Positions 57,376 to 64,000 of a DNA stretch of 64,000 bases are shown here, one piece after another. The translations under genes and the position numbers were made by a program. Each line of letters opens with the position of its first letter. The stretch's first letter is position 1. The DNA is from an uncultured Clostridia bacterium (GTDB lineage: Bacteria > Bacillota > Clostridia > Oscillospirales > JAAYOS01): positions 34,855 to 98,854 of the forward strand of contig CANQDU010000003.1 of NCBI GenBank assembly GCA_947593925.1. Reading direction: 5' to 3'. The notes beneath the pieces were generated by a model. The model saw only the letters and a list, made by a program, of their open reading frames with translations. It searched no databases and was not told the DNA's origin.

Positions 57376-58746
57376 TCACAGAAGCTCCTTTATTGCCTCG
57401 CTCACAGTCCTCACGCGTATCACCTCGAGGCCGTCCGGCACACGGACGTCCCTCGCGCCGCGCGCGGGCATCGCGCACCGCTTGAAGCCGAGGCGGCGCA
57501 CCTCCGCAAGGCGCTGTTCGGCGGCGGTGACGCCTCTCAGCTCACCCGCAAGTCCGACCTCGCCGAACGCGGCGAGATCGTCCCCGGTGGGACGGTCGAG
57601 CAGCGCGCCCGCGAGCGCGAGCACCGTCGCGAGGTCTATGGCGGGCTCGTCCACCTTCAGTCCGCCGACGATGTTTATGTAAGCGTCCCGATTGGAGGTT
57701 ATCAGCCCCGCGCGGCGCTCGAGCACCGCGAGCATCAGGACGGCGCGGTCGTAGGCAAGTCCCGAGCTCATCCGCCTCGGGTTGCCGTAGGCTGTGGGCG
57801 TCACGAGCGCCTGCACCTCCGCGAGCACCGGGCGCGAGCCCTCCATCACGCATGCGACGCAGGAGCCCGCGACGTTCGACGGCCGGCCGGAGAGCAGCAT
57901 TTCGGACGGGTTCGGTATCTCGCGCAGGCCCTCCCCCGTCATCTCGAACACGCCTATCTCGTTTGTCGAGCCGAAGCGGTTTTTCTCCGCGCGGAGTATC
58001 CTGTGGATGAGGTTCCTGTCCCCCTCGAAGCTCAGCACGCAGTCAACGATGTGCTCGAGCACCTTCGGCCCCGCGAGCGAGCCCTCCTTGTTGACGTGGC
58101 CGACGACGAACACCGTCACCCCGTCGGTCTTTGCAAGCTGCATCAGCGCGAGCGTGCAGTCCTTTATCTGGCTGACGCTTCCCGGCGCGGAGGCGTTCGA
58201 GCGTCGGAACATCGTCTGTATCGAGTCAACTATGAGTATGTCCGGACTGTTCTCGCGGACGAGGTCTATTATCCTGTCAAGGTCTGTTTCGGAGAGCGCG
58301 GAGAGGTTGTCCCCCGCGACGCCGAGACGCCGCGCCCGCATGCCTATCTGGCGGATGCTCTCCTCGCCCGAGACGTAGAGCACCCGACGCTCGAGGCAGA
58401 GCGAGGCGCAGATCTGGAGCAGAAGCGTTGACTTGCCGACACCCGGCTCGCCGCCCACGAGCACGAGGCTCCCCTGCACCGCGCCGCCGCCGAGCACGCG
58501 GTCAAGCTCTCCGAGCCCCGTCGAGAAGCGCGGCTCGCTCTCCTCCGACACCTCCGAGAGGCGCATGACGTTGTTCTCCCGCCCGGCGGGCGCTGTGACC
58601 GCGTGCTTCGCCGCGGGGCCGGTGACGACCGTGCTCTCGACGAGCGTGTTCCACTTTCCGCAGCTCGGACAGCGTCCCGACCACTTGTAGGTCTCATATC
58701 CGCACTCCGAGCAGAAGAACAGCGTTTTTTCCTTCGATGCGGGCAA
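57376..58746 (-). CDS. radA: DNA repair protein RadA/Sms
   Basis: Zn finger 'CSECG...CPSC', 'GEPGVGKSTL', 'KNRFG', Lon-like C-terminus; TTG start after AAGGGAG. Confidence 0.96.
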   Translation of the reverse strand: MPASKEKTLFFCSECGYETYKWSGRCPSCGKWNTLVESTVVTGPAAKHAVTAPAGRENNVMRLSEVSEESEPRFSTGLGELDRVLGGGAVQGSLVLVGGEPGVGKSTLLLQICASLCLERRVLYVSGEESIRQIGMRARRLGVAGDNLSALSETDLDRIIDLVRENSPDILIVDSIQTMFRRSNASAPGSVSQIKDCTLALMQLAKTDGVTVFVVGHVNKEGSLAGPKVLEHIVDCVLSFEGDRNLIHRILRAEKNRFGSTNEIGVFEMTGEGLREIPNPSEMLLSGRPSNVAGSCVACVMEGSRPVLAEVQALVTPTAYGNPRRMSSGLAYDRAVLMLAVLERRAGLITSNRDAYINIVGGLKVDEPAIDLATVLALAGALLDRPTGDDLAAFGEVGLAGELRGVTAAEQRLAEVRRLGFKRCAMPARGARDVRVPDGLEVIRVRTVSEAIKELL

Positions 58747-58811
58747 GTTACATCTCCCTTTCGCGCTTTGACTTCGTTTTTCTTTCACGTCACGGCGGCG
58801 GTGCGCCGGCG

Positions 58812-59465
58812 TCACATCCCGCCGCTCTCGAGCGTGAGCAGTCCGCTCACGAGAAGGCAGGCGAGCTTCTTCTGATACCCGTCGTCCTGGAGCTCCGCGA
58901 GGTCGCGGGAGTTGGAGAGAAATCCGCACTCCGCGAGTATCCCGGGGCAGGTTATCTTTCTGAACAGGTACACGTCGCTTGCGACGGGCTTCGCCTCGCG
59001 AGTGTTCTCCGGGTCGAGCTGACTGCGGACGTTCCTCTGGAGCATATCCGCGAGCGGCTTTGCCTCGTCCCCCTTGTAGAAGATGTGCGCGCCGCCGTAC
59101 CGGCTGTCCCCGAACATGTTCTGGTGTATGCTGATAAGGAACGCGCCCTCCGTCTCTTCGACTATCTCGACGCGCCGCCGCAGGTCGGCGGCCTTGGCGC
59201 TCCTGCCGGACTTTCCGCCGTCCCCCACCGCCGTGTCGGTCTCGCGAATGAGCACGGGGTCAACACCGAACAGCCTGAACAGCGCCGCCGTCTTGAGCGA
59301 AATGGCGAGGTTCAGCCCGCTCTCTATCACTCCGCTAGAGCTCACCGCGCCGCCGTCGAAGCCGCCGTGCCCGGCGTCTATGACGGGCGTGTACGCCGCG
59401 GCGGGACGCACGAGCGCCGCCGCGAGCGCAAATGCCGATACAACGGCCGAAATAAGTCTTTTCAT
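58812..59465 (-). CDS. cwlD: N-acetylmuramoyl-L-alanine amidase (Amidase_3, CwlD-like)
   Basis: 'VIDAGHGGFDGGA', 'DLRRR', 'ISIHQN', 'LAECGFLSN'; short N-terminal anchor. Confidence 0.75.
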   Translation of the reverse strand: MKRLISAVVSAFALAAALVRPAAAYTPVIDAGHGGFDGGAVSSSGVIESGLNLAISLKTAALFRLFGVDPVLIRETDTAVGDGGKSGRSAKAADLRRRVEIVEETEGAFLISIHQNMFGDSRYGGAHIFYKGDEAKPLADMLQRNVRSQLDPENTREAKPVASDVYLFRKITCPGILAECGFLSNSRDLAELQDDGYQKKLACLLVSGLLTLESGGM

Positions 59466-59470
59466 CACCA

Positions 59471-59503
59471 ACCGCCTCCCGTACAGAATATGTGGGAGGC
59501 GGT
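59471..59503 (-). promoter_or_regulatory. Hairpin sequestering the cwlD RBS, with a sigma-E/K-like -10 box in its loop
   Basis: Minus strand ACCGCCTCCC-ACATATTCTGTAC-GGGAGGCGGT-TGGTG-ATG. Confidence 0.55.
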
Positions 59504-59548
59504 CAGAAAATCGCCGCAATTTGCTTTTTACGCGCGGAGCATTTCGCT

Positions 59549-60229
59549 CTACTTCTTTTCCTTGTCCGGCTTCTTGTAGACGAGCCTTGCAAGTATCGAA
59601 AAATGCTTCATCCCGAAGGTGTAGGCGACGTGATATATCGCCGGCGCTATCAGGACGGGGAGCAGGCAGAACAGCGGCGACACGTCCTCAAGCTTTTGCA
59701 GCACGAACAGGAACGGCATGTAGAACGTGTGATAGACTATCGGAATAACGGCGCTTATGCCGGTCTGCATGAGCGGGTCAAGCCCCTGTGCGCGCTGAGA
59801 GAGCACGACAAAGCCGTGCGCCACCATCAGCACCGCGAAGAGCAGTCCGACGCTCTCGGCGATCATCGCGCACTTGAGCCCGCGGAACTTGTCGCGCGGT
59901 ATGTGACCGTAGTTCATCATGTTGATGTCGCGCTCGCCCGCGTGCCACCCCTCGATGTAGGTGACGGCGGTGAAGCTGAATATACCGACGGCGTAACCGA
60001 CGACCGTCGCCACAGTCTCGTTTATAACGAGGCCGAGGACGTTCATCACAAGGAACGTCAGGAACGCGCCGATGATGTGCGCGCCGATGATGTTGAATAT
60101 CTGCGGCCCCCTGCGCGTGCGGCGCGCCTCGGCGCGCGACGCATCGTCAATACGCGCGCCCCACTGTGTCGGCTTCTCGTTTCGGTCTGCCCAGTCGTTC
60201 TTTTCCGGAAGATTTGTGTTGTCAGGCAT
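59549..60229 (-). CDS. Uncharacterised multi-pass membrane protein
   Basis: ATG at 60229 after GGAGG; about 4-5 hydrophobic segments. Confidence 0.7.
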   Translation of the reverse strand: MPDNTNLPEKNDWADRNEKPTQWGARIDDASRAEARRTRRGPQIFNIIGAHIIGAFLTFLVMNVLGLVINETVATVVGYAVGIFSFTAVTYIEGWHAGERDINMMNYGHIPRDKFRGLKCAMIAESVGLLFAVLMVAHGFVVLSQRAQGLDPLMQTGISAVIPIVYHTFYMPFLFVLQKLEDVSPLFCLLPVLIAPAIYHVAYTFGMKHFSILARLVYKKPDKEKK

Positions 60230-60375
60230 AGCTGTACCTCCGCAAAAAACTGTCTTTATTGTAATCATACCACAGAATTGCTTGAATGAAAAGAACAATC
60301 TGTGAACTTCGATAAAAAAACAGCCCCGTGACTGGTCTTCCCCCTCAAAACGGTTCGGAAAGCCCGCGAATTGCA

Positions 60376-60417
60376 GAAACAGAACGCTCCCGACGTATGC
60401 CGGGAGCGTTCTGTTTC
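60376..60417 (-). terminator. Terminator hairpin after the stalk-domain protein gene
   Basis: GAAACAGAACGCTCCCG/CGGGAGCGTTCTGTTTC 17-bp stem. Confidence 0.75.
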
Positions 60418-60444
60418 GTTTACGCTATTCTGTTTTCTCTCGGA

Positions 60445-61878
60445 TCATTCTCCACTGGTGCCGTTGATGTAACGCCAGAAAGCGGGGTTGACATAACGGG
60501 TCACGGTCTCGACCTTGAGGTCGGGCGCGAGCTCCGAAACGACCTTGCCGACGGCGTCAACGTTCGCGGCGGTGCTGAACGAATGTATCTCGTAGTCACC
60601 GTTCTTTATGACGTTGTCGTATATCGTCTCAAATTCCTCGTTCTTCATCGGAGTGAGCGAGGTGTAGAGCGGTTGCCACCATGCGCCGGCGATAAGTCCG
60701 TCAAAGCTGCCGTCCTCGTTCTGATTTGCGGCATACTTCTTCGCATACTCCTCGATAACGCTGTGGAACTCTTCCTTCTCCGCGACGGTCTCGAACTCCA
60801 GCTGCATATCGTACTCGATGTCGTAGGTGTAATAGAAATCGTCCGACACCTTTGTGACCTTCGGGCCGGGCTCGCCCCACGAGAGGTCGTACTCGTAAAT
60901 GGAAACCTTCGGCTCTATCTGGACATAGGCGTCAAACCCTTCACTCTGGAGCAGTTCTATGAGCTGAACGGCATGAGTGGGATCGCTGTGACCGTACTGA
61001 AGCGTATACTCGGGCAGGAAGTTTGCCTTGTAGCCCGCGTACTTAAGGTTGTAACCGGTGGTAGCGTCACGCATAACTATCTCCGGCCCGAGCTTGTCGA
61101 GCACGCCGCCGTCGCTGAGAACAGTGATGGAATCCAGCGCGCTTATAAGCTTCGACGCGATGTCCGCATCGCTGATGCGGCCGATGTAGTGGCGGCCCTG
61201 ACCGGTGATCTGCGCGACGCCCATGATGAGCTCGGTCGCGGTGGCGGCGTCAAGCGGCGCGGCGGGATCGGCGGTCGCGGTAATAAGGTCGGCGTCAAGA
61301 GCGCAGGCATACGCAGGCGCGTCCGCGGCGGAAACCTTGGCGGGCACGCCGTAAGCGGCTATGCGCTCCGCGGCCTTCTCTGCCGAGTAGCTGGCGGCAA
61401 GCTCGGTAAGTCCGGCGGCGCTTACGGCGGACTCTATCGCGTCGCCCGTGGTGAGGGTAGTGCCGGTGACGGCGGTGCCGCCGACGGCCGTGACAGCCTT
61501 GTTCCACGCGTCAAGCGTGACGGTACCCGTGAAGGTGACTCCGAAGAAGTGCTTGATGTACTCGTCAGCCTTCTCGGCACTGCCTGCGAGATCGTCGATA
61601 TAGACGGTCTTGGTTGTAGCGTCGAAGTCGACATCGAGGCCGAGCGCCTCGCTTACCGCGCGGGCGGGCAGGTAGGTCGTTCCGTTGTAGATGAACGTGT
61701 CAACCGCGGCTCCTCCGGCGTCCTTCGGGTTCAGCAGAGCGTCTTCCTTATAGACGTCCACCCCGCCATAGACGGTGAGCTGCTTTTCTGTGAGCGTGGA
61801 AGCACCAGCAAATCCGAGACCGGCGACCAGCGCCACGGCAAGCAGGAGCGCGACTGCCTTTTTGAGACCATGCGACAT
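60445..61878 (-). CDS. Secreted protein with copper-amine-oxidase N-terminal (stalk) domain and an unknown C-terminal domain
   Basis: Signal peptide; 'FIYNGTTYLPARAVSEALGLDVDFDATTKTVYI'; AGGAGG RBS. Confidence 0.78.
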   Translation of the reverse strand: MSHGLKKAVALLLAVALVAGLGFAGASTLTEKQLTVYGGVDVYKEDALLNPKDAGGAAVDTFIYNGTTYLPARAVSEALGLDVDFDATTKTVYIDDLAGSAEKADEYIKHFFGVTFTGTVTLDAWNKAVTAVGGTAVTGTTLTTGDAIESAVSAAGLTELAASYSAEKAAERIAAYGVPAKVSAADAPAYACALDADLITATADPAAPLDAATATELIMGVAQITGQGRHYIGRISDADIASKLISALDSITVLSDGGVLDKLGPEIVMRDATTGYNLKYAGYKANFLPEYTLQYGHSDPTHAVQLIELLQSEGFDAYVQIEPKVSIYEYDLSWGEPGPKVTKVSDDFYYTYDIEYDMQLEFETVAEKEEFHSVIEEYAKKYAANQNEDGSFDGLIAGAWWQPLYTSLTPMKNEEFETIYDNVIKNGDYEIHSFSTAANVDAVGKVVSELAPDLKVETVTRYVNPAFWRYINGTSGE

Positions 61879-62062
61879 AGTGATTTCCTCCTATTAAGTT
61901 TTTGGCGTATCTGCCAAAAATATTGTACCACCTGCTTCGACCGTTTGCGACATCTATTTTTCAGTCGGCAAATTTTTGTAGGGTTCAACAAAAATTTCTC
62001 CCTCGGAAAGCCCGATTTATTCTATTTGGCGCACCTCGACGAGTCCCTCCCCGCCGCGCCCG

Positions 62063-62092
62063 GAACAGTCCGCCCGCTTCCGGCATACTTAT
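62063..62092 (+). promoter_or_regulatory. Candidate mother-cell (sigma-E/K-type) promoter of cotJ
   Basis: GAACA-16bp-CATACTTAT upstream of the cotJ genes. Confidence 0.45.
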
Positions 62093-62173
62093 ACGTAGCC
62101 CGATACGGGCGCTCCCGCGACAGCCGCACCGGCGCGGGAGTTAAGGAAAGGTGCGGAGAAACGGCGGTATACA

Positions 62174-62644
62174 ATGGATCACGACAAGCTGCTTTGTCAG
62201 ATGCCCGAGTGCCGGCCGCGTTCGGGCGCGGATATCGGCGACCTTCCGCAGGAGGCTGTCATAGCCATGACCTACACTCCGATGCAGCGGCAGGGCTCCG
62301 CGAAGTTCGAGCCGGGCGCGGCGCTCTCTCGCGGCACGCTCTATCCCGGTCTCGAGCTGCCTCTCGCAAACAACTACAACGTCCGGCCGGTGAGGATGAC
62401 TCCCCTCGGTGAACTTCAGGCGCTCCACTTCAGCATCACCGAGCTCAGCCTCTATCTCGACACTCACTGCTCCGACCGCGAGGCGCTCGCGCTCCTGCGC
62501 GCCTATCAGAAGGCGTACCGCGAGAAGCGCGAGGAGTATGTGAAGCGGTTCGGTCCGCTCTCCAAGCAGGACGTCGTCTGCTCGGACGGCTATGACTGGA
62601 CAGACGACCCGTGGCCGTGGGAACTTGGCAGGAGGGATATATAA
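62174..62644 (+). CDS. cotJB: Spore coat protein, CotJA-CotJB fusion
   Basis: CotJA-like 'AMTYTPMQ...ALSRGTLYPGL' in frame with CotJB-like 'ELSLYLDTH...FGPL...WTDDPWPWE'. Confidence 0.82.
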   Translation: MDHDKLLCQMPECRPRSGADIGDLPQEAVIAMTYTPMQRQGSAKFEPGAALSRGTLYPGLELPLANNYNVRPVRMTPLGELQALHFSITELSLYLDTHCSDREALALLRAYQKAYREKREEYVKRFGPLSKQDVVCSDGYDWTDDPWPWELGRRDI

Positions 62645-63249
62645 TGTTTGAATACGAAAAGACGCTCCAGTACCCGGTAAAGATCAAAAATCCGAACCCG
62701 GCGCTCGCGAAATTCATCATCAGTCAGTACGGCGGACCCGACGGGGAGATTGCGGCGAGCATGCGTTATCTCAGTCAGCGCTTCTCCATGCCCTACGCCG
62801 ACCTGAAGGGACTGCTCACCGACATCGGCACCGAGGAGCTCGCGCACATGGAGATGATAGGCGCGATAGTCCACCAGCTCACCCGCTGCATGACGGATGA
62901 GGAGATAAAGAAGGCTGGCTTTGACACCTATTTCGTCGATCACACCGCCGGCGTCTACCCGCAGGCGGCGAGCGGAGTGCCGTTCACGGCGGCGTTCATC
63001 GGCGTCAAGGGCGACACGATAGCCGACCTCACGGAGGACCTCGCGGCCGAACAGAAGGCTCGGGTGACTTACGACAACATCCTCCGCATGGTGGACGACC
63101 CGGACGTCATCGACCCGATACGTTTCCTGCGCGAGCGCGAAGTAGTGCATTTCCAGAGATTTGGAGAAGCTTTGAGCCGTACCACCGACAGGCTGAACAG
63201 CCGCAACTTCTATGCGTTCAACCCGTCGTTCGACCGTCCGGTAAAGTGA
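62644..63249 (+). CDS. cotJC: Spore coat protein CotJC (Mn-catalase family)
   Basis: 'YEKTLQYPV', 'SQYGGPDGE', 'TDIGTEELAH', 'FLREREVVHFQRFGE'; TAATG coupling. Confidence 0.95.
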   Translation: MFEYEKTLQYPVKIKNPNPALAKFIISQYGGPDGEIAASMRYLSQRFSMPYADLKGLLTDIGTEELAHMEMIGAIVHQLTRCMTDEEIKKAGFDTYFVDHTAGVYPQAASGVPFTAAFIGVKGDTIADLTEDLAAEQKARVTYDNILRMVDDPDVIDPIRFLREREVVHFQRFGEALSRTTDRLNSRNFYAFNPSFDRPVK

Positions 63250-63303
63250 CGGTTCGGTCTTTAGCACACAAAACAATAACTTTGGTGACAGCCGACCTAT
63301 GCG

Positions 63304-63335
63304 AAAAAGGAGCGGGGCATCAAGCCCCGCTCCTT
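63304..63335. terminator. Terminator between cotJC and the S9 peptidase gene
   Basis: AAGGAGCGGGGC-atcaa-GCCCCGCTCCTT with an A-tract on the left (T-tract on the minus strand). Confidence 0.8.
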
Positions 63336-63338
63336 CGC

Positions 63339-63578
63339 TTATCAAAAAGCCTCGCAGAGTTTCGCGCCGGAGGCGCGAAATAAGTTCAAATCATTTTCGG
63401 CGGCGGCGTGTACGTCGCCGAAAATACTTCTCGCGGAGCGTGCGTCGATTTTCCGCCAAAGGTGGAAAACTCGGCGCGTAGCGGAGCGCCCGCCGCCGGC
63501 AAGGCTTCGCCTTGTCCGACGGCCTCGCGGGAAATTGGTAAGGGCGCGGATACAATCCGCGCCCGCGATTTCCCGCGA
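63339..63578. repeat. Multi-hairpin intergenic repeat, family 1 copy B (homologous to 24142-24537)
   Basis: Colinear shared blocks and compensatory stem changes relative to copy A. Confidence 0.85.
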
Positions 63579-63580
63579 AA

Positions 63581-64000
63581 TCATTTCAGATACTTATCGA
63601 ACCACGAGAGTATCTCGTCCATTCTGCGGATGCGGCTCTTCGGACGTCCCGTGCGGCTGAGGTCGTGATTTTCGCCCTTGAAGAGACACAGCTTCGCATC
63701 GCAGCCGTTCCGCTTGAGGGCGGTGTACATCGAAAGTCCCTCTACCATCCAGCAGCGGTAGTCAGAGTCGGAGTGGATAAAGAGCGTCGGCGTGACGCAG
63801 TTCGGCGCGTATTTCAGCGGCGAGAAGTCCCACAGCGCCGAGACGTTCTCCCTCGTCGTCGTGAGGTGGTTCGTCTCGGTGAACGGTATGCCTATGTCCG
63901 TCGTATGCTCGAAGCTCGTCCAGTTCGCTATGGAGCGCTGCGAGCAGGCGGCGGCGAAGCGGTTCGTGTGGCCGACGATCCAGTTCGTCATAAAGCCGCC
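63581..64000 (-). CDS. S9 family (acylaminoacyl/prolyl oligo-) peptidase, C-terminal fragment
   Basis: 'GGFMTNWIVGHTNRFAAA', 'TPTLFIHSDSDYRC', 'GENHDLSR'; truncated by window edge. Confidence 0.9.
   Translation of the reverse strand, partial: GGFMTNWIVGHTNRFAAACSQRSIANWTSFEHTTDIGIPFTETNHLTTTRENVSALWDFSPLKYAPNCVTPTLFIHSDSDYRCWMVEGLSMYTALKRNGCDAKLCLFKGENHDLSRTGRPKSRIRRMDEILSWFDKYLK

Overview
A high-GC chromosomal segment from a spore-forming Clostridia-like Firmicute (PolC, CotJ, CwlD, SLH proteins), mostly housekeeping genes. In order it holds: the end of a V/A-type ATPase operon (I-K-F-E-A-B-D); a minus-strand glucan locus (GH5 endoglucanase, GH94 laminaribiose-phosphorylase-like, GH161-like beta-1,3-glucan phosphorylase, orphan lipoprotein); tyrS; a cold-shock gene; an SLH-anchored M14 peptidase; a frameshifted VOC gene; mntP; the pyrH-frr-uppS-cdsA-dxr-rseP-ispG-polC operon; rarA, glyA, nth, purB; an aminotransferase; an ABC-F ATPase; a Gfo/Idh/MocA-LacI pair; a long coupled run cwlD-radA-(3 adaptor lipoproteins)-(double-length MacB/FtsX permease)-(2 ATPases)-(2 flavoproteins); a cotJA/B fusion with cotJC; and a partial S9 peptidase. 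I found no transposase, integrase, CRISPR array, rRNA or tRNA. The most notable unexplained signals are: (i) two families of non-coding multi-hairpin elements with compensatory base changes and GNA triloops between convergent genes (24.1-24.5 kb and 63.3-63.6 kb; an inverted pair at 41.8-42.4 kb); (ii) the three-adaptor, two-ATPase MacAB-like exporter with an AbrB-like tail; (iii) a transporter-less GH161/GH94/GH5 operon that could work biosynthetically; (iv) a hairpin that hides the cwlD ribosome-binding site and has a sporulation-type -10 box in its loop. Family calls come from motifs recognised by eye; no database search or folding computation was run.
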